DNA of 64,000 bases from an uncultured Candidatus Entotheonella sp. (lineage in GTDB: Bacteria > Tectomicrobia > Entotheonellia > Entotheonellales > Entotheonellaceae): the NCBI GenBank assembly GCA_965215335.1, contig CBDCDA010000002.1, forward strand, positions 1,056,001 through 1,120,000, read 5' to 3'. The notes under the pieces are model-generated. The model saw nothing but the letters and a program-made list of their open reading frames with translations, had not been told where the DNA came from and made no database searches. The stretch's first letter is position 1. Each line of letters opens with the position of its first letter. Of the stretch, positions 18,860 to 28,551 are shown one piece after another. The translations under genes and the position numbers were made by a program.

Positions 18860-20677
18860 CTAGACCCGTTGCCCGGCGGCCGTCAAGCGCCGGTCCAGGT
18901 CGTAGGCGGCGCTGATCAGCGCCAGGTGCGTGAACGCCTGCGGAAAGTTCCCCAGATGTTCGCCGTGCGGGCCCAGTTCCTCGGCGAACAGGCCAAGGTG
19001 GTTGGCGTAGCCCAGCGCCTTTTCGAACAGAAACCGCGCCCCTTGCAGGTCGCCGCTGCGCGCCACGCATTCCACGAACCAGAAGGTGCAGATGCAGAAC
19101 GTTCCCTCGCCGCCCGCCAGTCCGTCGGCTACCTCTTCCGTGCGGTATCGGTACACCAGCGAATCGTCCACCAGGTCCTGGTGGACGGCCTTCAGGGTAG
19201 ACAGCCAGCGCGGGTCCTTGGGGCCGATGAACCGCACCAACGGCATGATCAGCGCCGAGGCGTCCATGGCCGTCGTGTTTTCGTGTTGCACAAAGGCCCG
19301 CCGCGGTTCGTTCCAGAACTTGGTAAACACTTCCCTGTAGATGCTGGTGCGCACCTTGTGCCAGCGATCCAGCGGCGCCGGCAGCGACCGCTTATGGGCC
19401 AGCCGGAAGGCGCGGTCAATGGCCACCCAGCACATGATGCGCGAGTACAGGAAGGCCTGCTGCCCGCCGCGCACCTCCCAGATCCCCTCGTCCTTGCGCC
19501 GCCAGTTGTCGCAGACCCAGTCGACCAGGCGCGTCAGATTCTCCCACAGGTCGTACGAAATGGGATCGCCGTACTTGTCGTAGAGATACACCGAATCCAT
19601 CAGTTCGCCGTAGATGTCGAGCTGCAGCTGGTCGTACGCGCCGTTACCGATGCGCACCGGCGACGATTTGAGATAGCCCTCCAGATGCGGCAGGTGCTCC
19701 TCCGTCAGGTGATGGCGGCCGTCGATGCCGTACATGATCTGGAGAGAGCCGTCGTCGTTCGGCTCCGCACAACGCGCCTCGATCCACTTCATGAACTCGC
19801 CCGCTTCTTGCGTGTACCCAAGGCGTATGAGACCATACAACGTGAAGGAAGCGTCGCGGATCCAGGTATAGCGATAATCCCAGTTGCGCTCGCCGCCCAC
19901 CTCCTCGGGCAGGCCGAACGTCGCCGCCGCCGCCACCGAGCCGTGCAGTCGGGAGGTGAGGAGTTTCAACGTCAGGGCAGAGCGGTTCACCACTTCTCGC
20001 CAGCGCCCGCGATAGGTCGAGCGCGCCACCCACCGGTGCCAGAAATTGACCGTATCTTTGAACGAACGCGATACGTAGTTCGACGACGAGGCCGGGGAGG
20101 GCTCACCGGGAATCGCCTGCTCCAGAGTGAACGACACCGATTCGTTGCTCCGCAAGGTGAATTCGGCAATAGCGGCGCCGTTCTCGATGCGCACCGGAAC
20201 CTCCGTACACAGGCGCAGGGCGGTCTTGTCCGGCCCGTCGGAAACGAACAGGATGCCGTCGAGCGTTTGTGCGACCCTGTGGGTCGCACGTCCGTAATCG
20301 AAACGGGGCTCGCAAATCATGCGGAAGATGATCTCGCCGCGCACGGTCTTGACCCGGCGCACCAGGTTGTGAGCGTGGCCGTGGCCATCTTCTTCCAGGG
20401 GCATCAGATCCGATACCTCAGCCACCCCTTCGTCGGACAGAAAACGGGTCAGCAGGACATTCGTATCGGGCAGGTAGAGTTGTTTGTGATTCGAGGTGGC
20501 AAATATCGGGGCGATCTGGAACCGCCCGCCTTTCTTTTCGTCAAGCAGGGCCGCAAATACCGTCGGCGAGTCAAAGTGCGGGAACGACATGAAATCGATC
20601 GACCCATTCATCCCGACGAGCGCCACGGTATGAAGGTCTCCGATCACGCCATAATTTTCAATCGGCTGGTACGGCAT
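18860..20677 (-). CDS. Glycoside hydrolase family 15 (glucoamylase/trehalase-like)
   Basis: RNWDYRYTWIRD, QLDIYGE, GIWEVRG, GNFPQAFTH. Confidence 0.92.
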   Translation of the reverse strand: MPYQPIENYGVIGDLHTVALVGMNGSIDFMSFPHFDSPTVFAALLDEKKGGRFQIAPIFATSNHKQLYLPDTNVLLTRFLSDEGVAEVSDLMPLEEDGHGHAHNLVRRVKTVRGEIIFRMICEPRFDYGRATHRVAQTLDGILFVSDGPDKTALRLCTEVPVRIENGAAIAEFTLRSNESVSFTLEQAIPGEPSPASSSNYVSRSFKDTVNFWHRWVARSTYRGRWREVVNRSALTLKLLTSRLHGSVAAAATFGLPEEVGGERNWDYRYTWIRDASFTLYGLIRLGYTQEAGEFMKWIEARCAEPNDDGSLQIMYGIDGRHHLTEEHLPHLEGYLKSSPVRIGNGAYDQLQLDIYGELMDSVYLYDKYGDPISYDLWENLTRLVDWVCDNWRRKDEGIWEVRGGQQAFLYSRIMCWVAIDRAFRLAHKRSLPAPLDRWHKVRTSIYREVFTKFWNEPRRAFVQHENTTAMDASALIMPLVRFIGPKDPRWLSTLKAVHQDLVDDSLVYRYRTEEVADGLAGGEGTFCICTFWFVECVARSGDLQGARFLFEKALGYANHLGLFAEELGPHGEHLGNFPQAFTHLALISAAYDLDRRLTAAGQRV

Positions 20678-20785
20678 GACGACTCTCCTTGCACAGCACG
20701 TTGAAAGAAGGACTCACTTCCTCCACGACATGGTTACGGTTTACCCAAGAGGCGCGCAATTATACAGGAACCGGGGGCCGGGACG

Positions 20786-22600
20786 ATGACCAAGGTGCTG
20801 ATTGTCGATGCGGACCAGCGGCGTGCCGGGGCGTTATGCGCGATGCTGGCCGGCGAGGTGGACGAAACCCGGCGGGCCGCAAGCCCTGCCGAGGCGCGAC
20901 AGGCCTTACGGCAGGCGGCCTGTGACGTCCTCGTTGTCGCCTTGGGGACGACGCTGGAGCGGCTGGAAGAAGGGCTGACGCTGTGCGCACGGGTGAAACA
21001 GCGCACCCCCACGACCGTGATCATCCTGGTGGCGACCGACCCGGCCGCGAAAACCGTGTTGCAAACGCTGCGCGGCGGCATCGCCGATCACGTCGCCGCC
21101 GGCGACTCGATTCCCTCCCAGGTTCAAGTCTTGGTGCGGCGTCTGGTGCGCCGACAGGCGCAGCGGCAAGCGAAGATCGTCTGCACCATCGGACCGGCCA
21201 GCGATTCCCAGCACAGCTTGTCGCGGCTGATTGATGCCGGCATGGACGTTGCCCGGCTCAACTTTTCGCACGGCGATTGGGACTGGCACCGCATGGTGTG
21301 CGAGCGCATTCGCCGCCTTGCCGACCACGTCGCCATCATGGCCGACCTGCAAGGTCCCAAGCTGCGCATTGGCCACATGCAGAACGATACCGCCGTGTTC
21401 CTGGAGCGTGGCGCGACGTTTACGCTCACCTCACGGTCGGTGGCGGGATCGGAGACCATCGTGTCGCTCGACTACCCGGGCTTGCCGCGCGACGTTGTCG
21501 CCGGTGACGCCCTGTACCTCGATGACGGCCTGATCGAATTGCGCGTCACGGAAGTGCGCGACGACACCGACATCGTGTGCCAGGTGCTGACGGACGGGCG
21601 GCTGAGCAGCCGCAAGGGCATCCACGCGCCGCGCGCCATCCTGGGCATGCAGGTGCCGACCGCCAAGGACCGGCAGGATATCGAGTTGGCCGTTGAGCTG
21701 GACGTGGACTTTCTGGCGGTTTCCTTCGTCGCCGAGGCCGAAGACGTGCGTCAGGTGCGCGCCGCGGTGCAGCAGGCCGGGGCGGAAATGCCGCTCATCA
21801 GCAAGATCGAGCGCGAGATTGCCCTGGAGAATTTCAATCGCATTCTCGAGGTGTCGGACGGCATCATGGTGGCGCGCGGCGACCTGGCGGTGAACATCCC
21901 CGCCGAGGACGTGCCGCGGCACCAGAAAGCCATGATTCGCGCCTGCAACCAGCAGGGCAAGCCGGTGATCTGCGCCACCCAGATGCTGGAAAGCATGTGC
22001 GCCTACCCGCTGCCGACGCGCGCCGAAGTGAGCGATGTGTTCAACGCCATCCTGGACGGCGCCGACGCCGTCATGCTGTCAGCCGAAAGCGCCGCCGGCG
22101 ACTACCCTGTCGAAGCCGTCGGCATGATGGCGCGCATCGTGCGCAGCGCCGAACGCACCCTGCCGCAGTTCAATCCCGCCACCGAGAGCGTGCTGCCGGA
22201 TCAGACCCCGGCGATCATCAGCCACGGCATTTCGACGATGATCGAGCGCTTCAACCGGCACAGCGGCCACATCACCGCCATCCTGGCCGTCACCCGCTCC
22301 GGCCACACCGCCCGCATGCTGGCCCGTTACCGCCCCGGGGTGCCGATCATCGCCGCCACCAGCTCGCGCCGCGCGGCGCGCCAGTTCCTGCTGTCGCGCG
22401 GCGTCACGCCGATGCGCCTCGACGCCGAACTGCCCGACCCGACCGTCGCCCACGCCGCCATCACCCAGGCCGTGCGGGAACGCCTGCTCGCCGAGGACGA
22501 TACCGTGCTGGCCGTCTCCGGCTCGGGCTGGGCGCCGCGGTTCCACACCAACATTCTGGGCCTGTTCGCGGTGCGTGACATTCTGGACAGCCATTGCTAA
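20786..22600 (+). CDS. pyk: Pyruvate kinase with N-terminal degenerate receiver domain
   Basis: KIVCTIGPAS, RLNFSHG, MVARGDL, ATQMLESM, DAVMLSAE; first ~125 aa have receiver-like topology. Confidence 0.9.
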   Translation: MTKVLIVDADQRRAGALCAMLAGEVDETRRAASPAEARQALRQAACDVLVVALGTTLERLEEGLTLCARVKQRTPTTVIILVATDPAAKTVLQTLRGGIADHVAAGDSIPSQVQVLVRRLVRRQAQRQAKIVCTIGPASDSQHSLSRLIDAGMDVARLNFSHGDWDWHRMVCERIRRLADHVAIMADLQGPKLRIGHMQNDTAVFLERGATFTLTSRSVAGSETIVSLDYPGLPRDVVAGDALYLDDGLIELRVTEVRDDTDIVCQVLTDGRLSSRKGIHAPRAILGMQVPTAKDRQDIELAVELDVDFLAVSFVAEAEDVRQVRAAVQQAGAEMPLISKIEREIALENFNRILEVSDGIMVARGDLAVNIPAEDVPRHQKAMIRACNQQGKPVICATQMLESMCAYPLPTRAEVSDVFNAILDGADAVMLSAESAAGDYPVEAVGMMARIVRSAERTLPQFNPATESVLPDQTPAIISHGISTMIERFNRHSGHITAILAVTRSGHTARMLARYRPGVPIIAATSSRRAARQFLLSRGVTPMRLDAELPDPTVAHAAITQAVRERLLAEDDTVLAVSGSGWAPRFHTNILGLFAVRDILDSHC

Positions 22601-22687
22601 CATACGCGCCCCTTGCGTCACCCCTTGACGCAATCCCACCTGACCGACCGCAGTACGACTATCCTCCCACCACCCAAGGAGGTGGCC

Positions 22688-22906
22688 GTGAGCGCGGAAT
22701 TCTGGGCCATTCTGGGCGTTGGCGTGGCGCTTGGTGGCCTGCACTGGCGCGTGTATGCGCGGCTGGATGCGCGCATACACGCCATAGACCGACGCATGAA
22801 CAAACGGTTTGACGCCGTGGACCAGCGCGTGAATGACCTGGACCGGCGCTTGGCGCGTATCGAGGGCTGGATTGCCGGGCGCTTTCGGGAAGACGTGAGC
22901 GCATGA
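22688..22906 (+). CDS. Small TM + coiled-coil hypothetical protein (72 aa)
   Basis: AAGGAGG RBS before GTG; hydrophobic N-terminus then heptad-like RLDARI..RFDAVDQRV..LDRRLARIEG. Confidence 0.7.
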   Translation: MSAEFWAILGVGVALGGLHWRVYARLDARIHAIDRRMNKRFDAVDQRVNDLDRRLARIEGWIAGRFREDVSA

Positions 22907-22918
22907 AGGGAGCATGCC

Positions 22919-23728
22919 ATGGGAGTTCTGGATGGCAAAGTGGCCATCGTCACCGGCGCCGGACGCCTGCGCGGCATTGGCCGGGCGACGGCCGTGGCGC
23001 TGGCGGAAATGGGGGCCGACGTGGCCGTGACCGGCACCGGGCGGCATCCCGACACCTTTCCCGATGACGAGAAGGCGGTACATTGGCGTGACGTGCACAG
23101 CACGGTGGAGCAGGTCGCCGCGGCGGGCCGGCGCGGCCTGGCGCTCATCGGCGACGTCAGCAAGCCCGACGATGTGCAGGGCTTTGTGCGGCAGACACGC
23201 GCGGCATGGGGCCGGGTGGACCTCGTGGTCAACAACGCTGCGGTGGCGCGGGGTGAAGACCGCGTGCCGGTGGTGGAACTCAGCGAGGAACTGTTCCGGC
23301 GCGTTCTCGAGGTCAAGGTGGTCGGGTCGTTTCTCTTGTGCAAAGCCGTCATTCCGGTTCTGCTGGAGCAGAACGAGGGCGGCCGCATCATCAACGTTTC
23401 GTCGGTGGCGGGCAAGCGCGGCTCGGCCAGCACGTCGGCGTACTGCGCGTCCAATTTCGCCTTGCAGGGGTTCACGCAGTCGCTGGCGCAGGAACTGGCA
23501 CCGCACCGTATCAGCGTCAACGCCATTTGTCCGGGCATCATCGACACGGCCCGCATGGACGTTCTGGGGCGCGGCGAAACGTGGCAGCGCAACGTTGGCA
23601 CCGTGCCCATGCAGCGCGCCGCCAGCGACGAAGAAGTGGCCGGGCTGATCGCCTACCTGTGCACGCCGATTGCCGAATACATCACCGGGCAATCCATCAA
23701 CATCGACGGCGGCCGGGTCATGTGGTAA
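22919..23728 (+). CDS. SDR family oxidoreductase
   Basis: VTGAG..RGIG, NNAA, YCAS, ITGQSINIDGG. Confidence 0.9.
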   Translation: MGVLDGKVAIVTGAGRLRGIGRATAVALAEMGADVAVTGTGRHPDTFPDDEKAVHWRDVHSTVEQVAAAGRRGLALIGDVSKPDDVQGFVRQTRAAWGRVDLVVNNAAVARGEDRVPVVELSEELFRRVLEVKVVGSFLLCKAVIPVLLEQNEGGRIINVSSVAGKRGSASTSAYCASNFALQGFTQSLAQELAPHRISVNAICPGIIDTARMDVLGRGETWQRNVGTVPMQRAASDEEVAGLIAYLCTPIAEYITGQSINIDGGRVMW

Positions 23729-25324
23729 TCAGGTGTTCCTCCTGTGGCGCCGCAGGAACCACATGAGCGGCATGACGGTCAGGCAGATCATGGCCAGCAC
23801 CAGGAAGCAGTCCTGATACGCCGCCACCATGCCCTGCTGCGCCAGATGGCGGCCCAACAGGGCCATGGCTTTCATCTCCGCCATGGCGCCCACCTCGCCC
23901 ACGCGGCTCATCAGGCTCCAGGCCGGCGTCAGCACGTCGTGCCAGGCCAGCGACGAAAATGCCTGCTGCTGGTCCAGGGCCACCGTGTGGTGCACCGAGC
24001 GGCGCTGCAGAACCGTGGTCATCAACGCCACGCCGAGGGTGCCGCCGAGACCGTGCTGAATGAGCGTCAGAATGCCCGATCCCATGCGTACCTTTTCGGG
24101 CGGCAGCAGGACGAGGGAGGCGGCGTTCATCGGCGTGAACACGAAGCCGATCGTGATGTAGCGCACCATGATCATCCACGTCACCCAGCCGATCGGCTGA
24201 TCCAGGGTCAGGAAAGAAAAGCTGTACGAGGCGAGGGCGAAGAGGGCCAGGCCGGTCCAGATGATGTAGCGCCGGTCGAGCTTGTCGGCCAGGCGACCGG
24301 CCAGCAGCGTGCTGATGCCCATGCTCAGGGCGCCGGGCAGTTGCACGAGACCCGCCTGTGCCGGCGTGTAGCCCATGAGGCGCTGCAGCAGGATGGTCTG
24401 CAGGAAGCCGGTGCCCCAGAAGGCCATGGCGACGCCGAGGCCCGCCAGCGAGATGGCGGCAAACGCCGGGTCTCGGTACAGGCCCACTTCCACCAGCGGT
24501 TCTTTCCTCCATAGTTCCAAAATGATAAAGGCCGCGAAAGCCAGCCCGCCGATGACGAACAGACGCTGAATGATCGGGGCGTCCCAGCCGAACCGGTGCC
24601 CCTGGCTCAGGGCGCTCAACAGGCAGACCAGAAACACCGACAGGCTGAGCAGGCCCGCCAGATCGAAGGATCGCTTGACCGATTCGCGGGTGTTCGGGAG
24701 CACCAGCGCGACCAGCAGCATGCCGAGGATACCCGGCACCACGTTGACCGAGAACACCACGCGCCAGCTCAGATACTCGGTCACGTAGCCGCCCAGCACT
24801 GGCCCGAAGGCGGGGCCGAACGACACGCCCAGGCCGTACAACCCCATGGCCAGACCGCGCTGCCGGGGCGGAAAGCTGCTGTTCAGAATCACCAGCGCCA
24901 TAGGCATGATCGGGCCGCTGCCGATGCCTTGCAGCACCCGGAACAGAATCAGCGAGGTGCTGCTCCAGGCGAAGCTGCACAGAGCCGAGCCGACGACGAA
25001 CACCAGCAGGCTGATCAGGAAGACGTTGCGATTGCCGATCCGGTTGCCCAGCCAGCCGACGGTGGGAATGAGCACGGCGCCGGCGATCATGTAGGCCGTG
25101 ACGATCCACTGCGCCTGGTCGATGTTGAGGCCGAACGCCGTCATGATGGGCGGTAGCGCGACGCTGACCGTAGCGCTGCTCATGACCACGATGAAGGCGC
25201 ACAGCATGACCGTGAGCGCTACCCACCACTTGTAGGATGGCCGCTCGGGGGTGATGGTGAACAGGTGGCGCCAGGCACCCTCGGAACGCTCGCGCATGGG
25301 CTCTGCGAGCTGCGGAGATGCCAT
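23729..25324 (-). CDS. DHA2/EmrB-QacA family MFS transporter
   Basis: 14-TM pattern, WIVTAYM, RVLQGIG, GPAFGPVLGG. Confidence 0.9.
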   Translation of the reverse strand: MASPQLAEPMRERSEGAWRHLFTITPERPSYKWWVALTVMLCAFIVVMSSATVSVALPPIMTAFGLNIDQAQWIVTAYMIAGAVLIPTVGWLGNRIGNRNVFLISLLVFVVGSALCSFAWSSTSLILFRVLQGIGSGPIMPMALVILNSSFPPRQRGLAMGLYGLGVSFGPAFGPVLGGYVTEYLSWRVVFSVNVVPGILGMLLVALVLPNTRESVKRSFDLAGLLSLSVFLVCLLSALSQGHRFGWDAPIIQRLFVIGGLAFAAFIILELWRKEPLVEVGLYRDPAFAAISLAGLGVAMAFWGTGFLQTILLQRLMGYTPAQAGLVQLPGALSMGISTLLAGRLADKLDRRYIIWTGLALFALASYSFSFLTLDQPIGWVTWMIMVRYITIGFVFTPMNAASLVLLPPEKVRMGSGILTLIQHGLGGTLGVALMTTVLQRRSVHHTVALDQQQAFSSLAWHDVLTPAWSLMSRVGEVGAMAEMKAMALLGRHLAQQGMVAAYQDCFLVLAMICLTVMPLMWFLRRHRRNT

Positions 25325-25472
25325 TTGGCTCCTGATCCTTTCGGTGAGATGAGACGCTGAACTGGAGAAATGCTATAAGGAACAGCCCGCTTCGGGGAAC
25401 AGAGGCAGATTACACCGCAACAGGCATCGATGCAAAATGGACGTCAGCACGATGCACACAAAGGAGGCAGGC

Positions 25473-26207
25473 ATGCCGCAGACAAATCGCGTGAAGGCGG
25501 CCATGAAAGAGGGCCGCATGGCCTACGGCTACAACCTGGCTTTTCCGGCCCCGTGGGTGGTGGACATCCTCGGCAGGCAGCCCTTTGATTTCGTATGGCT
25601 CGATGGCGAGCACGGGCCGTTCGGGCTGGAGCAACTGGAGCACCTGTGCCGCGCTGCCGAGGCGGTGGGGGTGACGCCCATCGCGCGCGTGCCGGACGTC
25701 AAGGCGTCCACCATCCTGCGCTTCCTTGACCGCGGCATACAGGGCGTTCTCGGTCCCCATATCGCCACCGCCGCGGACGCCGAGGAACTGGTACGGTCCT
25801 GCTATTTCGGACCGCTCGGCGACCGCTCGTTCGGCGGCAACCGCGGCACCGATTACAACCAGGGCATCGACGACAAGGCGGCGTATTATCGGACTGCCAA
25901 CGATAACATGCTGGTCGGCGCCCTGCTGGAGGACGCCAGCGTCGTGGACAACCTCGACGCGATTCTGGCGGTGGACGGGATCGACTATTTCGGCATCGGA
26001 CCCAACGATTTCGCGCAGAGCCTGGGTTATCCGGGAGAGCCCGGCCACCCGCAGGTGCGGCAGGTCATGGCCGAGTTGATGGCGCGCATTCGCGGTGCCG
26101 GTCGACGCATGACGGAAGACGTCATGTCCGCCGTGTGGGTGAGCGGCTTGCTTGCCGAGGGCGCCCAGCGGTTTCTGGCGGATCAGTGCCCCGGAAAAGC
26201 TTGTTAG
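25473..26207 (+). CDS. HpcH/HpaI aldolase family protein
   Basis: LDGEHGP, IARVP, LDRGIQGV, GPND. Confidence 0.88.
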   Translation: MPQTNRVKAAMKEGRMAYGYNLAFPAPWVVDILGRQPFDFVWLDGEHGPFGLEQLEHLCRAAEAVGVTPIARVPDVKASTILRFLDRGIQGVLGPHIATAADAEELVRSCYFGPLGDRSFGGNRGTDYNQGIDDKAAYYRTANDNMLVGALLEDASVVDNLDAILAVDGIDYFGIGPNDFAQSLGYPGEPGHPQVRQVMAELMARIRGAGRRMTEDVMSAVWVSGLLAEGAQRFLADQCPGKAC

Positions 26208-26217
26208 TCCGAGGCGC

Positions 26218-26246
26218 TTGACACCTCTTCAGCGCCCTGCTACAAG
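26218..26246 (+). promoter_or_regulatory. sigma70-type promoter upstream of csp
   Basis: TTGACA-17 bp-TACAAG with extended TG. Confidence 0.6.
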
Positions 26247-26303
26247 GTGCCCGCTGGCCGGGAGACACCGGATTGACAACGTCGTGGAAGGAGGGCGGGG
26301 TTC

Positions 26304-26504
26304 ATGGCAGTCGGGAAGGTCAAGTGGTTTAACGATAAAAAAGGTTTCGGTTTCATCGAACAACCCAACGGGGAAGACATATTCGTCCATTTTTCGGTTA
26401 TTGAAGGCGACGGGTTCAAATCGCTCGACGAAGGCCAAGAGGTGGAATACGAGGTGGTTCAGGGGCCGAAGGGCTTGCAGGCCGCTCGCGTCGCCAAGCG
26501 GTGA
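26304..26504 (+). CDS. csp: Cold-shock protein
   Basis: GKVKWFN, KGFGFI (RNP1), FVHFS (RNP2). Confidence 0.95.
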   Translation: MAVGKVKWFNDKKGFGFIEQPNGEDIFVHFSVIEGDGFKSLDEGQEVEYEVVQGPKGLQAARVAKR

Positions 26505-26557
26505 TACGCTGACTTGCTGGCGCGGCCTCTGGCTGGCAGATTTGCCCCCGCCCACTG

Positions 26558-27124
26558 TCAGGCGGGAAGGGTTTCCAGCAAATCGAGGAACTGTTTCAGG
26601 ATTTTCCCCGTGGTTCCCCAGATCACGTGATCCTGATACTCAAAGAAAATACTCCGTACCTCACGTCCCTCAAAATCGCGGCGCTCCTCCCGGCGCGGCT
26701 TGTGCTGGCGCAGGAAACGCAGCGGCACTTCGACAATCGAGGCGGTCTCTCGCCGATCAACGATGAATGGATAGGGATACGGGATGGCGCCGACGAAGGG
26801 GCGCACCAAGTAGTTGCTGTTGCTGGTCAGCAGGTCGTCGAGCTGACCGAGTACCCGCACGTGTGCCGCTTGCAGGCCGATTTCCTCCTGGCTCTCGCGC
26901 AGGGCCGTTTGCCGCAGCGTACCGTCCTGGGTTTCGTAGCCGCCGCCCGGGAAGGACATCTGCCCGCGGTGATGCGGGACGGTGTCCGAACGTTTGGTGA
27001 AGATGACGCCATGGTCGCCGTTGTGGCGGTATAGCGGCAACAGCACGGCTGCCAGGCGGCGCCCCGGCACGGCAAGCTCCCGGCCGGGACGGGCTTCCAA
27101 CAGGCGTTGGATGCGTCCTTCCAT
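26558..27124 (-). CDS. Nudix CoA pyrophosphatase
   Basis: AAVL, HRGQMSFPGG, TALRESQEEIG, IWGTTG. Confidence 0.88.
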   Translation of the reverse strand: MEGRIQRLLEARPGRELAVPGRRLAAVLLPLYRHNGDHGVIFTKRSDTVPHHRGQMSFPGGGYETQDGTLRQTALRESQEEIGLQAAHVRVLGQLDDLLTSNSNYLVRPFVGAIPYPYPFIVDRRETASIVEVPLRFLRQHKPRREERRDFEGREVRSIFFEYQDHVIWGTTGKILKQFLDLLETLPA

Positions 27125-27139
27125 GGGTGCCCGCCGCCG

Positions 27140-27511
27140 TCATTCCGTCGCTGGCGCGATGGCCATCACGGCGCGGCGATGCGTGCCGTCGCCGACTTTC
27201 TTGTCCTCATCGTGCGCCTCCACTTTGAAGCGCAGCTTGCGTCCGTCAACGTCCAGCAATTCGGCCCGCACCGTGACGCGCTTGCCCTTTGGCGTGGCGG
27301 CAAAGTGTTTTACGTTGACCTCGAAACCGACTGTCGTGTGCCCCTCCGGCAATAACGACTGCACCGCCTGAATGCCCGCCCGCTCCATCAAGCTGATCAT
27401 TGACGGCGTCGACAGCACGCCGTCTCCGCCCATGTGCCTGACCACCAGGCTGTCGTCAACCACGGTGGTGATTTCCGCCGATGCGCCCGGCTGCAGCTTG
27501 TCCAATGACAC
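27140..27511 (-). CDS. Thioesterase (fluoroacetyl-CoA thioesterase-like hotdog fold)
   Basis: VLSTPSMISLME, TVG..VNVKHFAATP, GTHRR. Confidence 0.82.
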   Translation of the reverse strand: MSLDKLQPGASAEITTVVDDSLVVRHMGGDGVLSTPSMISLMERAGIQAVQSLLPEGHTTVGFEVNVKHFAATPKGKRVTVRAELLDVDGRKLRFKVEAHDEDKKVGDGTHRRAVMAIAPATE

Positions 27512-27672
27512 GCGTGTTCCTCCGTCTTGTGGATGTGAGATCAGGGGGCGCCAGGATAGCATACTTGTCGGCGGGGGACGAAAAACGGCGCGATATCGTC
27601 ATCTCGCGATGTCATCGTGACCGCAGCAGGTGTCTCGTCGTCAAAATTCGCGCCAGAAAGCATTCTTTCGTC

Positions 27673-27738
27673 CCCGTCTGCAAACCCTCCGGCGTCGAAT
27701 GGCTCGACGATGTGCCGGCGCATTGGGAAAATCGCCGA
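27673..27738 (+). pseudogene. Remnant of a type I restriction HsdS N-terminal motif
   Basis: Translates as PVCKPSGVEWLDDVPAHWENRR, resembling the conserved YKxSGVEWLGxIPxHWE of HsdS. Confidence 0.6.
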
Positions 27739-27744
27739 GCGCCC

Positions 27745-28125
27745 CTACTCATGGTAACGCACCCGGACGCGTTGGCTGAACCGGTTCCGCAGCCAGCGCT
27801 TCAGCGCCAGGCGGCTGCCAGGCACGAGCAGCAGCAGGCCGGCGACGTCGGTCAGTAAGCCCGGCGTCAGCAGCACAATGCCCGCCGCCAGAATCAGCAC
27901 GCCGTCGATCAGTTCCTCGTCCGGCATGATGCCCTGCACCATCTTCTCCTGAATGCGCCACAGCACCTTCAGCCCCTCCCGGTGTGCCAGGGAGGCACCC
28001 GCTACCGCGGTGAGCACGAGGATCGCCAACGTTGCCAGGGTGCCGATACGCGAGCCGATCTCAATCAGCAGGACGATTTCAGCCAGCGGCAGAGCAATGA
28101 ACAACACCAGCAATTTGACCAGCAT
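27745..28125 (-). CDS. fxsA: FxsA family membrane protein
   Basis: PLAEIVLLI, LLTPGLLTD motifs. Confidence 0.88.
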   Translation of the reverse strand: MLVKLLVLFIALPLAEIVLLIEIGSRIGTLATLAILVLTAVAGASLAHREGLKVLWRIQEKMVQGIMPDEELIDGVLILAAGIVLLTPGLLTDVAGLLLLVPGSRLALKRWLRNRFSQRVRVRYHE

Positions 28126-28234
28126 GCCAACCCCTTTCCCGCATGCCCGCCCAGTGTGAAAGCCCCGCTGCGGCACCGCGTCGGAACTCCGAAAACGCGA
28201 TTTCCAGGCGGACCAAACGCCGCTTCCATATCTG

Positions 28235-28263
28235 TTGACACTATATGCGGTATTCAGTAGCAT
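28235..28263 (+). promoter_or_regulatory. sigma70-type promoter upstream of the MotB/OmpA-like gene
   Basis: TTGACA-17 bp-TAGCAT; ~285 nt leader to ATG 28552. Confidence 0.55.
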
Positions 28264-28551
28264 GCCAACACTTGCACGTTTCCATTGGCTTGCCGCAGGA
28301 AGCGTCTTGCCGGATTGTGAGGCGGCTGAGGCGCGTCACGTCGTCCGCAGTAACCCCTAGGCTTCCTGGCCGTTCAGTCGGGTGCTGGCAGGTCGCCGGC
28401 ACCCCTTCTCATATCTTGTCGTCACACCTATCGAATCATGAACCCTTGCGAACGTTTTCCAACCCTGGCGGAGCGCGTCTGATGTCCCATGACAGGTTGG
28501 CGATGGCATGACCGTACCCGTAGAAGTACGACTCATTCTGGGAGAGCACTC

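Noticed and set aside
18668..20704. Long antisense ORFs (also 32585..34522, 41799..43619, 45357..47018, 9392..11038)
   Set aside because: Mirror frames of well-supported genes, expected in high-GC DNA
28264..28551. Long leader as a possible riboswitch/ncRNA
   Set aside because: No recognisable aptamer or terminator; would need an Rfam search
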